A DNA stretch of 62,950 bases, the filler included, from Reclinomonas americana ATCC 50394 (Eukaryota), in the NCBI GenBank assembly GCA_048213135.1. It is 5 parts of 2 records of this genome, joined end to end, with 100 filler letters (N's around TTAATTAATTAA, not from the genome) between each part and the next. Parts side by side here need not be neighbours in the genome. Positions count along the whole stretch, not along the records: positions 32,945 to 56,867 come from PS015272.1; positions 56,968 to 59,082 come from PS015273.1; positions 59,183 to 62,950 come from PS015273.1; 2 more parts are not named here. One strand, written 5' to 3'. A model generated the notes under the pieces. It saw only the letters and a list, made by a program, of their open reading frames with translations. It had not been told where the DNA came from and made no database searches. The position numbers and the translations under genes were made by a program. Shown in pieces: positions 48,144 through 59,299 of the stretch (within the stretch, counting starts at the first letter, position 1; each line of letters begins with the position of its first letter).

Positions 48144-48422
48144 CTGGCAGTCAGAGAGCCATAGATAATGCAAGAAAAGGGGATGGGGTGTATGCAGCAA
48201 GCGAGTCACATGAATATCGATAATGCACCGGGAGAAACCTAAGTTGGCGAGCGAGGCAGTGTGTTATGTACGGCTGATACTCATCTCATGCTCGTACAGA
48301 TTCCACTTCCGCTGTTGGAGAGGGGGATGGAAGTGTCGAGACCACAGTTGGGGGCTCGTCGGCCTGGATCGACTTTGCGCATGACGATTCCGCAGTCGGT
48401 GTCGTGGGTGCGTAGCAAGTGA
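24286..48422 (+). CDS. Giant type-I membrane protein with >=51 cadherin-like repeats, Pro-rich linker, beta-rich juxtamembrane domains, single TM helix and Pro/Leu/Arg-rich cytoplasmic tail; 5' end lost in gap
   Basis: The ~92-96 aa repeat VNVAPTAPTLSSSTYTPPLALNGVIGTLSSTDxNTGQTLTYTITGGTNxASFNISGTSLRSNVAGLTGNNLQVIVQVSDGxxxTASTTFTINE recurs from 24286 to 43440. It is followed by EPPPPLPPP (43863), TM WYWVTLMAVGGALVCMTATCWCLFA (46451-46525) and the basic stop-transfer RYRRRRDRRR. Tail exons and the stop position are less certain. Confidence 0.85.
32889..32900. other. Artificial contig linker TTAATTAATTAA inside N run
   Basis: Same linker as at 24230. Confidence 0.95.
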
Positions 48423-48649
48423 TGATTCGTACGCAGGCTTATTGGCGAGATGAACTAACGTCTGCCACGCCTGCAGATGCGAGGACCTCTGCCTGATTCG
48501 CCAAGCTCGAGCTCAGCTGAGAACACACGCAAAGATGAAGGTTGACGTGAGTGTTTGGGAGAGTGAAGCAAGGATGATGTGACGAGAGATGCCGTTGCTT
48601 CACTCTTCATTGATGCAGAGCATCGATAAGCGATGGTGTTTGCAGCCCT

Positions 48650-48940
48650 GAGAGAGATACTGACTGCACGCACACGATCAAGGGTTGAGGGTGGAGGAGA
48701 GACACTGACTGCACGCACACATCGATCAAGGGTCAAGGGGTGGAGAGAGACACTGATCGCACGCACGCACATACAGATCAAGGGTTGAGGGTGGGAGAGA
48801 CACTGATTGCACACACACATAGATCACGGGCTGAGGGTGGATGGTGAGCCACTAATTGCACGTACACACACCGATCATCGGTTGAGGGTGGAGGGAGACA
48901 CTGATTGCACTCACACAAAGGGATCAAGGGCTGAGGGGAG
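48650..48940. repeat. Minisatellite, ~50 bp unit, about 6 copies
   Basis: Repeated gagacactgaytgcacrcacac...gatcaagggttgagggtgg. Confidence 0.85.
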
Positions 48941-49338
48941 TGAAGCCGCACAACAGCTTCTTGAGGGTCACCACTCCCCGTTCACTCGATGGACAGTGAA
49001 GCACCAGCAGGATGAGGTGGAAAAAGTATGCAAACTCCTCGAATCGCGAGCCGGTGGACTGCTAAAAGTAGAAACCTGAGGCACATGGAGGAGAAAGAGA
49101 AGACTCCAACAGAGTCGTGCAGGCCAAACACACTGCTGCAAAGCATCGCTGGTACAGCGTGTCTGGATAATGGTCCCATGTTGCGAAAGGTACCCGAACC
49201 GACGCCAATCGCCAATCGTATTGATACGCCGGCATATACACACGGCCGGTCATCTCGTGTGGTGCGAGATCGCGACTAGATGCGGCAAAACCAGCCAATG
49301 CCGGTCGCAGAATGGGGTCATCGGCAGCAGTGAGCATG
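48940..49338 (-). pseudogene. C-terminal fragment of a Crinkler-like (CR-NTPase/REase) gene, possibly degenerate
   Basis: Minus strand reads GRVYMPAYQY and, after a probable intron, QSTGSRFEEFAYFFHLILL...GVVTLKKLLCG. This resembles the region entering the CRN nuclease domain. No clean downstream exon is seen. Confidence 0.4.
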
Positions 49339-49750
49339 NNNNNNNNNNNNNNNNNNNNNNNNNNNNNNNNNNNNNNNNNNNNNNNNNNNNNNNNNNNNNN
49401 NNNNNNNNNNNNNNNNNNNNNNNNNNNNNNNNNNNNNNNNNNNNNNNNNNNNNNNNNNNNNNNNNNNNNNNNNNNNNNNNNNNNNNNNNNNNNNNNNNNN
49501 NNNNNNNNNNNNNNNNNNNNNNNNNNNNNNNNNNNNNNNNNNNNNNNNNNNNNNNNNNNNNNNNNNNNNNNNNNNNNNNNNNNNNNNNNNNNNNNNNNNN
49601 NNNNNNNNNNNNNNNNNNNNNNNNNNNNNNNNNNNNNNNNNNNNNNNNNNNNNNNNNNNNNNNNNNNNNNNNNNNNNNNNNNNNNNNNNNNNNNNNNNNN
49701 NNNNNNNNNNNNNNNNNNNNNNNNNNNNNNNNNNNNNNNNNNNNNNNNNN

Positions 49751-50758
49751 GACGGAGTCACCGACGTGACGGCCAAGCTGCAGGCGGCCCTGAACCAGGC
49801 CGCCGGCAAGCAGGTGCTGCTGATGCCGTTCGGCACCTACCTCATCTCCGACACGGTGGTGGTGCCGCCGGGAACGCGTCTCGTCGGGCAGGCGTGGAGT
49901 GTGATTATGGTCGGCGGCGCCGCCTTTGCCGACGCCAACAATCCACGCCCCGCACTGCAGGTGGGCCGCGCCGGCGATCAGGGTGTGGCCGAGCTCAGCA
50001 ATCTGCTCTTCTCCACCAAGGGCCCGCAGCCGGGCGCCATTCTCCTCCAATGGAACATGCGTGACCCGGCCAACCAGCCCGGCTCCTGCGGCATGTGGGA
50101 TGTGCACTTCCGCATCGGCGGCGCCCTCGGCACGCAGATCGACGAGGTGGTGTGCCCGCGTGGCGACGGAACCGGCGCTCCGGCCAGCAAGTGTACCGGC
50201 GCTGCGCTGCTGATGCACGTCGGCAAGACCGGCAGTGTGTTTGTGGAGAACTCGTGGGGCTGGGTCGCCGATCACAACATCGACTCGGCCATCCAGATCA
50301 ACGTCTACAACACGCGTGGCTTCCTGAGTGAGTCGGAGCAGGGACCGGTGTGGCTGTACGGCACCGGCTTTGAGCACTCGCTGCTGTACCAGTACAACTT
50401 TGTCGGCGCCGCCAACGTCTTCATGTCCATCATCCAGACGGAGACGCCGTACTTCCAGCCGTCGCCCAACGCACCATTCCGGCCGGTCAAGCCGTGGCCG
50501 ACGGACCCCACTTTTTGCACCGGCGACGTCCGCTGCAACATGTCGTGGGCGTTGCACATTCAGGACTCGCACGACATTGTGTCGCTCGGCACCGGTCTCT
50601 ACAGCTTCTTCAACGTGTGGGACCTCGCCTGCAGCGACGACCGCCTCAACCCGCACTGCCAGCTGGAGTTGGTCAAGATTGTCAACTCGCACCGCATTTT
50701 CCAGTTCGGTCTGAGCACTTTCGGCTCGGTCAACATGCTGACCGCGGCCGAGTCGGCA
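49751..50758 (+). CDS. Glycoside hydrolase family 55 (exo-beta-1,3-glucanase, pectate_lyase_3 fold), C-terminal half; both ends in gaps
   Basis: Intronless ORF with DGVTDVTAKLQ, PFGTYLISDT..VPPGTRLVGQAWSVIM, GAILLQWN, GMWDVHFRIGG, ENSWGWVADH, GPVWLYGTGFEH..LYQY and IQTETPYFQP. Confidence 0.92.
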
Positions 50759-50778
50759 NNNNNNNNNNNNNNNNNNNN

Positions 50779-51990
50779 ACATTGTTCGTCAGCCACTCAG
50801 GGCACAGAGCTGCACATGAGTGAGACGAGGCGACGTAGCGATGCAAATACTGGTGCTACACTCACCGTTGCTGTTCAGCTCCACTTCGCCGGACAGCAGC
50901 GCGCACTGCAACGCGCCAGCCAACTGGAGTGCGGTAGAGAGTGGATTACTGGGTTTCACAACGACGTGATCTATACAAGAATGAGTACCAGGCAATGCGA
51001 CCCTTGTTGAATGTCAAGCACAACGCACCCGCAATGTTCTCCAGAATGTACTTTTCCCAACTCCCTGGATGACCAGCAAGCGATTGCAGAGTGGCTACAA
51101 TTTGCGGAGAGCGTCTCCACGGCAGCTTGTCTGCGCGTGGTGGTGTCTGCATACATCCAGCGTGCAAGAAGACGAGAAGAGCAAGGTAACACAAACCAGC
51201 GAATGCAAAATCAATCATATTCTCAACGCCATGCGCTGGCAATAGCGGGACCGGCACCGGTACCACGAATCCATAGCCTGGCATGAGGATGTTGCGTTCC
51301 AGTCCAGTGTCGACGCCTGCAAACACTGGGAGGATCTGGTACTCATGGTGGCCGGCCAGGAGTTTATCTTGGCAGGTGAGAGTGAGGCTGCGTAGGAAAT
51401 CACGACGAACGTCGACTGGCAGCTCCATGTTCTGCGTCATTATGTAGTCGATATCGTCGACGCACACCATCATCCAGATCCTGGCAACATATGAGGCACA
51501 AACAGTGTGCGGGTGTAGGTCGGGGAGTTTGCACGAACGCACCTCTTGCTGTCTATATCCGGAGAACGCAGCTGCTTGGCGTCAACGGCCACTGCTCGGA
51601 GAACCTCCCACAGTGTCAGCCGCCAACCCAAGTCACCGAGAGCATTCATGATATCCGAAAACGGAGACTTGGGGCACGCATAGTTTCGCAGAATACGGGC
51701 GGCGAAACCCGGAGCATGATACAAGTACTGACGGTCTTTCTCGAGTGGTAAGAATCCGTCGCTGTCGCCGTATGCGACGAAGAGCGGAAGCATTGCAGAG
51801 CCAGCAGGGAGTTCTGCGCAGCACACAAAGAGGAGAAAGAAATACACCACGCTGTGTCGTCGCTTGTTGACGTCATCGCCTTCTCTGCCTCGGTCTTCAG
51901 CTTTTTAGCTTCGGCGATGTCGCTTGCGTTCTGCAGTAATTCGATCTTTGTTGTCTCAATGGCCTGCTGCACCTTGCTGTATCGCCGAGG
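50779..51990 (-). CDS. Crinkler-associated P-loop NTPase-like region (possibly pseudogene)
   Basis: Motif order is LPLFVAYGD ... WMMVCVDDID (Walker-B-like) ... LPVFAGVD ... VPVPLLP ... LQSLAGHPGSWE (GGHPR-like). No Walker A is visible, and the splice from the coiled-coil exon 51850-51990 could not be put in frame. Confidence 0.5.
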
Positions 51991-53501
51991 CGGGGAATCT
52001 GCGATGGGGAAACAGGGGAAGGGAGAAGGGGAAGGGGAAGAGGAAGGGAGAAGGGGAGGAGAGGAGGAGGAGGAGGAGGAGGAGAGAGAGGAGAGAGAGG
52101 AGAGAGAGAGAGNNNNNNNNNNNNNNNNNNNNNNNNNNNNNNNNNNNNNNNNNNNNNNNNNNNNNNNNNNNNNNNNNNNNNNNNNNNNNNNNNNNNNNNN
52201 NNNNNNNNNNNNNNNNNNNNNNNNNNNNNNNNNNNNNNNNNNNNNNNNNNNNNNNNNNNNNNNNNNNNNNNNNNNNNNNNNNNNNNNNNNNNNNNNNNNN
52301 NNNNNNNNNNNNNNNNNNNNNNNNNNNNNNNNNNNNNNNNNNNNNNNNNNNNNNNNNNNNNNNNNNNNNNNNNNNNNNNNNNNNNNNNNNNNNNNNNNNN
52401 NNNNNNNNNNNNNNNNNNNNNNNNNNNNNNNNNNNNNNNNNNNNNNNNNNNNNNNNNNNNNNNNNNNNNNNNNNNNNNNNNNNNNNNNNNNNNNNNNNNN
52501 NNNNNNNNNNNNNNNNNNNNNNNNNNNNNNNNNNNNNNNNNNNNNNNNNNNNNNNNNNNNNNNNNNNNNNNNNNNNNNNNNNNNNNNNNNNNNNNNNNNN
52601 NNNNNNNNNGACGGAGGGGGAAGAGAAGGGAGAAGAGTGAGGAAGAAGAGTGAGGAGGAAGAGAAGGGAGAAGAGAGAGGAGGAAGAGAAGGGAGAAGAG
52701 AGAGGAGGAAGAGAGACGAGGAAGAGAGAAGAGGAAGAGAAGAGGAAGAGAGGAGGAAGAGAAGTGGAAGAGAAGGGGGAAAAGAGGAGAAACGGGGGAA
52801 GGGGAAGGCAGATGTGGAGATCGAGAGAGAGAGAGAGAGCAGACGAGAAATAAAAACGCTCATGAATGGAATGCACGCACCAGCTGCCGACATGAGCGAT
52901 CGCTGCTGAGGCAGAATGCGCAGGCTGCGGGTGTGACTCGGTGACTCGAACCGGACTGAACGCAAATGTGTGTATTGCGGTGCGAGAGCAGCTGCAAAGA
53001 AATGCACGACAATGAGTACAGAAAATCAAAGGGCATGGAGGGTGATTAACCAAGCAGGGAAACAACGACAATGACAGAAATGACAAGAAAAAAAAAGCAC
53101 TCAGAATAATGTAAGGTGCGTGTCAGACACGTCGAACGGTCGCAATAGTCTGATAACAAGAAATCAAGAATGCTTCTCACACTGTCGTGTTCTGGAGGAA
53201 ACACAACACTCACACTCACTCATAGTACACGCGAATGAGGAGAATGGATCACGTTGGAAGGGGAGAGAGAGAGTCAATGATGCAAACACCGAAGAAGTGC
53301 AGACAAATAAAGACGCAACAGCGCACTGAACCAGGATACACATTGAGCGAACTCGATGAATGTCCACGACTGGCAGAGGCATATACGGCGACTGAAACTG
53401 AGAGCGGGTGCATATAATTCACAATGAGAGTGGAAAAAAGAATGGGAGACGCGGGTACTGACCTCGAGCTCCACGCCCACACGGTTTGGCCACATTGGCT
53501 G

Positions 53502-54443
53502 TCACAGGGCGCAGGAACGCTGCTCCCACGCGTCGAAGCATCTCAACGGCGTAGAAATGGAGATTGACGGGACGAGCGGACACATCTCCTTCAAAAGAAG
53601 GAGCTCGTCAGACCGGTCACCTGGCTTGTTGATCTTGATTAGCCGCTTGACCAGTTGCTTGCACTTGGCACCAGTGGATTGCACCTCTTCGAGTAGATGC
53701 TGGAGGCGTCGTTCAGAGTTGGTTGCGCTCTCAGCACGCTGGCCACCACCAGCACGAGCACCACCGCCGCCACCACCGTCACGTTTCGCCTGGCACCGCT
53801 CCATGTACTTGTTTCGAAGCTGCTCGTTGAGAGCGACCGTCATTTGATACATTGCCTCGCCAAGGGTGGCAACCAGTCTTCATTCTTGGGAAAGAAAAAG
53901 CAAGGAGATCACCTATACAAAGTCGATTTGGCGAGGAGACGAAGGTGTTGCGAAGCAATGCCGTCTCGACACCGCTGTAGAGCTTGCTGCGGAGGCAGCG
54001 ATGGTGACTCGCAAGTCCTGCAAGGTGCGTATGGGTGAGAAAGGAAACTATGTGCAAGTGACAATGACAGAGCAACACGGGGGAGTGAACGACAGGCGAC
54101 GAAAACGTGGCGGCAGATCTAGAGAGACAGGGTGCGAGAAAAACGAGGAGGGGAGAGACGGTGAGACGGCGGAGAGAAAAGGAGACCTCGGCGAGAGAGA
54201 GGGTGACAGAGACGAAGCCGGAGAGGGAAAAGGGAGAGAGGGCGAAGAGAGAAGGGAGACTGAGAGGAGAGAAAGGGATAGGGAGAAAAGATAGCTCTGG
54301 GAGTCGAGGTAGATGAAGAATTCATGTACGAACATTCTCACCACTCTGACAAAGGCATGCCGACTCGGAACTTCCCAGCACACCACATCGATTGGCTGTA
54401 CCACCCCAACACCCAGACAGTCCAGCGCGTCTCTCTCCCCCAC
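53502..54443 (-). CDS. Hypothetical protein fragments (helical, Gly tract)
   Basis: ORF 53502-53852 (MYQMTVALNEQLRNKYMERC...LQHLLEEVQ) looks coding. Exon-like blocks at ~53910-54020 and 54295-54443 flank a CT-rich intron-like stretch. No family recognised. Confidence 0.3.
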
Positions 54444-54447
54444 TGCC

Positions 54448-56790
54448 CTAATACAAGGCGTCGCTGAAATCGGGCAGGAATGATCCGAGAATTCGCTCCG
54501 TCAGCTCGCTCTCCCCGTCCCCCCGAAGCACGTGAATCGACTTGTCAGAGGCTTGGACGGTGATATTGTCCATGGTGGCAGTCTTGTTGGAGGTGCCAGC
54601 GAGATCGTTCCGCGTGTCGCATTGCACTTCTTCGCCGCTTGTCAGCGACCACACACGCACCGTCTTGTCCGAACTCTTGCTCACAACATGCTGGCAGTCG
54701 GGTGTAAAGGCCACAGATGTCACCCGTTCAGTGTGTCCCTCAAACCGCTGCAACTCCTCCCCGTTGACCATGGACCACACTCTCACCGTCTTGTCGTCAC
54801 CGCCACTAACAAGTCGCTGACCATCTGGAGTGATGGCGAGAGCCAGCACCCATCCCGTGTGCCCCTCCAGCCGTCGCACTTCGTTTCCACTCGCCACAGA
54901 CCACACGCGCACGGTCCAGTCATCACTGCCACTCACAACATGCTGACCATCCGGGGTACAGGTGACAGACCACACCCCTCCATTGTGCCCTTCGAATCGT
55001 CGCACCTCTTCTCCACTCGTCGCAGACCACATCCGCACCGTCTTATCGACACTGCCACTCACAATGTACTGACCGTCGGGAGCAATGGCGATAGAGAACA
55101 CCCNNNNNNNNNNNNNNNNNNNNATCCCGTGTGACCTTCCAAGCGTCGCACTCCGTCTCCGCTCGCCAGTGACCACGTACGCACTGTCCCATCACTGCCC
55201 CCACATACAATGTGTTGACCATCCGGGGTGACAATGACAGACTCCACGCCTTCAGTGTGTCCCTCCAACCGTCGCACTTCCTCTCCACTTGCGAGTGCCC
55301 ACACTCGTACTGTATTGTCAGCGCTCCCGCTTACAATGTACNNNNNNNNNNNNNNNNNNNNCTCGCACCGTGGAGTCGGCACTTCCACTCACAATACACC
55401 TACCGTCGGGCGTGACGGCGACAGACAACACTCGTCCCGTGTGTCCATTCAGTCGTCGCACCTCTTCTCCAGTCACCAGTGACCACACGCGCACTTTATC
55501 GTCATTACTCCCACTGACAATGTGCTTGGCATCGGGAGTGACGGCGACACTTCCCACCCCCAGACGGTGTCCCTTGAACCGGTGGACTTGTTCTCCAGTG
55601 GCCACAGACCACACTCGCACTGACTCGTCGCCACTGCCACTCACAATGAATTTGCCATCGGGTGTGACGGCGACAGACCGCACTTCACGAGCGTGTCCTT
55701 CAAATCGCTGCAATTCCTCACCGCTCGCCAGTGACCACAGACGCACTATGTCATCATCACCTCCACTCACAATAAACTGACCATCGGGGGTGACGGCAAC
55801 AGAGTACACCACGCCTTCTTGTCCATCCATCTGTCGCACTTCTTCCCCAGTCGCCACGGACCACACTCGGATCGTCTCGTCAGCACTCGCGCTCACCATG
55901 TGCCGACCATCGGGGGTCACGGCGATGGAACACACCGAATCCGAGTGCCCCACCATTGGCTTTCTCGGCCACTTCACATCCGTCACCTTCGCCCCGCGGA
56001 AATCCGCCTCCTTGGCAAATGCAGAGCACACATTCACCCCTCGCAAATCCGCCCCACTCCACACCGTCCTATGCATCACCGCATCTCTCAAGTCCGCACC
56101 CCGCACTCGCACACCCGACAGATCGCGCCCACTGAACGACACCTCCGCAAGGCACAGTGCGCTCGCCGCACTCGATGCCACTGCCGTGATTCGCTCCTGG
56201 TCGCGCGAGAGAGCAACGGCGTACCACAGCGCAGGTTGCAGTGAGTGGTCTGCGCGCACTTGCTCGCCAATGAACGACAGAATGGAGCTGAGTCCCTGCG
56301 ATCAACAGTGAGGTTGTGAGAACGGCGACCGCGTACGGTGATGAAGAATCACACTCACTTCATCGGAAGTGAGCAACGCTCGTTGACCAGAGAAGCTGCA
56401 ACAGAGCCGGTCGACTCGTTCCTACGAGCGATCAAAGGAATCAGCATACAATAGCTGGAAGAACATGCAAAACAACGGTACCGCTTCGCTCACCTCCAGC
56501 TCAACGTCCTCGTTGGCCAGCACTTGCACATCGGCCAGCCACGCTTGTGCGGCAAAATACTCCAGCACTGACTTGTGCATGAATTCCACTCGCTGCTGCG
56601 ACACGCCCAGACGGCTCCACTTTAACAACGCCTGCATGATCTAGTGAGAGCGCGAAAAATGACGAACGCGTGGCTGACCAACAAAACGTAACAGCACGAG
56701 CGAGTGAATTTTGCAACGGGTCATCACGAGCAAACCACTTGTCCCACACCTGTTGCTCTGCTGAGGCTCCCTGCATCCAGTGTCACAAGA
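54448..56790 (-). CDS. NACHT-associated winged helix + pentapeptide repeats + >=11 WD40 repeats (NLR/HNWD-like), N-terminus truncated
   Basis: FMHKSVLEYFAAQ (56545-56590), then FSGRDLSGVRVRGADLRDAVMHRTVWSGADLRGVN..ADFRGA (55990-56140), then 42-aa repeats GHxxxVxSVAVTPDGxxIVSGSxDxTVRVWSxxSGEEVRRLE (54640-55950) interrupted by two 20-N gaps. Confidence 0.88.
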
Positions 56791-56911
56791 AAGTCAGACA
56801 AAGTGGCAGGATATCCATGCGAAAAGTGGGGGAAGGGAATAACGAGAGCGGGTGAGAAGTTGTACAANNNNNNNNNNNNNNNNNNNNNNNNNNNNNNNNN
56901 NNNNNNNNNNN

Positions 56912-56923
56912 TTAATTAATTAA
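56912..56923. other. Artificial contig linker TTAATTAATTAA inside N run
   Basis: Same linker as at 24230. Confidence 0.95.
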
Positions 56924-57661
56924 NNNNNNNNNNNNNNNNNNNNNNNNNNNNNNNNNNNNNNNNNNNNCACAAAGACACACCCTGTTCCATTGCTGTCGTG
57001 CACGTACAGACACAGAGAGAGAGGAAGAAGTCAGTCGCTGTTATGTTGCAAGCAGGCAGACACACACGCCGCAACTCGATGACGACAGCCTGGTGACCTG
57101 ACATTGCTCCGCGTGTGATGGAGAGTAACCCGTAATCTAGGCGTGGAATTCCGCGCGATGGTAACCCAAAGCCAATGCTTTTTTTTTTGTTACAACAACA
57201 ACTTTACTAATCCAAACAGCAGCAGCTGCATGTTGGTCTGTTCCAAGTGGCATAGGTGCGGAAAGCACGGAGCATAGTAACAGCATTTACAAAGGAACCG
57301 TTGGTTCATTCGACGCTGCAGCCGTGTTGACTCGTTGGGTACGGACGTCGACGCACATCCCGCGCGCGCGCGGAGCAAAGCCACCTGCGCATGCGCACTG
57401 CGAACCCGGATCTCGATATAGATCTGTGCAATCACAAAGAGGAAGCGCTCCTCGGCGGCACACCCACCGCAAAAAAGTGCACGTGTGTACGAATACCGGC
57501 CTTGCAAAACAAATTTTTCGAGATATTTCTCGTACTGCTTGCGCAATTTCTCCGTTTCTGGTGCTCCCTCGCGATCATCCTGCAGCTACATGCATTATAT
57601 ACAATCGGTGCACCGCGGCCGCCCGCGTGTCCTGCGCACCAATTCCTGTCATTTTTCCGCA

Positions 57662-59082
57662 ATGCAAGTCGGTTTCCGCGACCAGGAAGCCTCTGTGCTG
57701 GAGATCGGCTGGTGGCGCGGGCAATGGCGAGCCATCACCACGCTCTTCTTTGGCGATGTGCACCCGCCCTGGTCAGTCTCTCTCTTTTTTCTCTCTTGCA
57801 ATTGCCTCTCCGTTTTTCCTCATTGCTTCTCCTCTCAGGGCGCTTCTTGATCGCGTTGTGCGCACTGATGACGAGGAGGGAGATGAGGAAGAGGGATTGA
57901 TTGATGATGAGAGGCGACGTGCGGTGCGACGTTCGTTCTTGTCGCTGGTTGGACTGGTGGTGTTGGGCGCGGGATTTGTGCTGCTGCGCCTGGTGTATGT
58001 GAAGAGGAGGCATGCGAGGAGGGATTTTGGTGAGTTGGCGCTCATCAGTTGCAATTGCATGTTGCCTTTTTTATCATCCACTCTCGCTTGTTTGTCTGGC
58101 TCTTGTTCTTCTGACTTCATGCACGCCTCCCGCACCTCTCACTCTGGCCACTCTTGTTCTCCTGACTCCATGCAAACATCCCTTGCCTTCTCCCTCTCCT
58201 TTCACCCGGCACTCCGTCCATGTTCCATGCGAACATCCCTTGCCTTCTCCCTCACCTCTCCATCTCTCCGTCCTTCTTCTTCTCACTCCATGCAAGCATC
58301 TCTTGCTTCCTCTCTCTGCTCGCGCTCTTGCACTCCGTCCTTGCTCTTCTGACTGCATGCAAGCATCTCTTGCCTTCTCCCTCTCCTCTCAATCCTGCTG
58401 TTGTCTCGCTCTTGTTCTTCTCACTTGATACAAGCATCCTCTTTTGTTCTCCTCTCCTCTCACTCTGCCACTCCGTTCTTGCTCTTCTGACTCAATGCAA
58501 GCATCCCCTTTGCCTTCTCTCCCTCTCCTCTCACTATGCCACTCCGTTCTTGCTCTCCTGCCTCCATGTCAGCATTCCTTGCCTTCTCCCTCTCCTCTCC
58601 AGTCAGTTCTCGTTGTCGCTCTTGTTCTTCGGACTCCTTGCAAACATCCCTTGTCTTCTCCGTCTCCTCTCACTGTGGCACTCCACTTTTGTTCTCCTGC
58701 CTCCATGTCAGCATTCTTTGCCTTCTCCCTCTCCTCTCCAATCAGTTCTCGTTGTCGCTCTTGTTCTTCGGTCTCCTCTCACTCTGGCACTCCACTTCGT
58801 CCTTGTTCTCCTGACTCCATACAAGCATCTTCTTTGCCTCCCCCTCACCTCTCCTCTCTCTCCCTCTGACCACTCCGTCCCCATCGTGTCATCGCGCTTG
58901 TTGGTCTGCCTCCAGTCTTCAGCTTGCAAGCCTCCCTTTGTCTTTCTCTCCATCTCTCAATCTTTGTTGCCGCTCTTGTTCTGTCACTCTTCCTTCTTCC
59001 CAATCCCCTCCCCTCCCGTTCACCCCCTTCATCCCCTTTCCGCAGTGGAGCTCGCCCTCGACCGCGTTGGCCTGGTGGACCC
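57662..59082 (+). CDS. 5' part of a putative single-pass (type II-like) membrane protein
   Basis: ATG at 57662. A phase-2 intron (~57772-57838) joins ...GDVHPPW|ALLDRVVRTDDEEGDEEE...RRSFLSLVGLVVLGAGFVLLRLVYVKRR. GTGAGT donor at ~58030 and acceptor at ~59045 give ELALDRVGLVD, followed by a gap. Confidence 0.5.
58080..58870. repeat. Intronic minisatellite, degenerate ~60-70 bp unit, about 10 copies
   Basis: Recurrent ccatgcaarcatcycttgccttctccctctcctctc and cttgttcttc(t)gact. Confidence 0.8.
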
Positions 59083-59126
59083 NNNNNNNNNNNNNNNNNN
59101 NNNNNNNNNNNNNNNNNNNNNNNNNN

Positions 59127-59138
59127 TTAATTAATTAA
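59127..59138. other. Artificial contig linker TTAATTAATTAA inside N run
   Basis: Same linker as at 24230. Confidence 0.95.
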
Positions 59139-59299
59139 NNNNNNNNNNNNNNNNNNNNNNNNNNNNNNNNNNNNNNNNNNNNTGAGCAAGGAAAGGGACG
59201 GGAATGGGGGGAGAGAGAGACTGCCAGGGGAGGGCGAGAGGGATGTTGAGAGAAGGAGAGAAGGAGAGTGAAGGGGACAGAGGAAGATAGAGATAATGA

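Noticed and set aside
48650-48940. Telomere-like AGGGTTGAGGG motifs
   Set aside because: They are single motifs within a 50-bp minisatellite, not a tandem telomeric array
49060-49070. In-frame TAG suggesting stop-codon reassignment
   Set aside because: It can be read as an intron acceptor (ttttag), and the long exons elsewhere contain no in-frame TAA/TAG/TGA
49320-50757. MLTAAD (minus, 49320-49337) resembles the GH55 end MLTAAE (plus, ~50734), suggesting an inverted duplicate
   Set aside because: The match is only five residues with different codons, and the following sequence fits the Crinkler-like gene; probably chance
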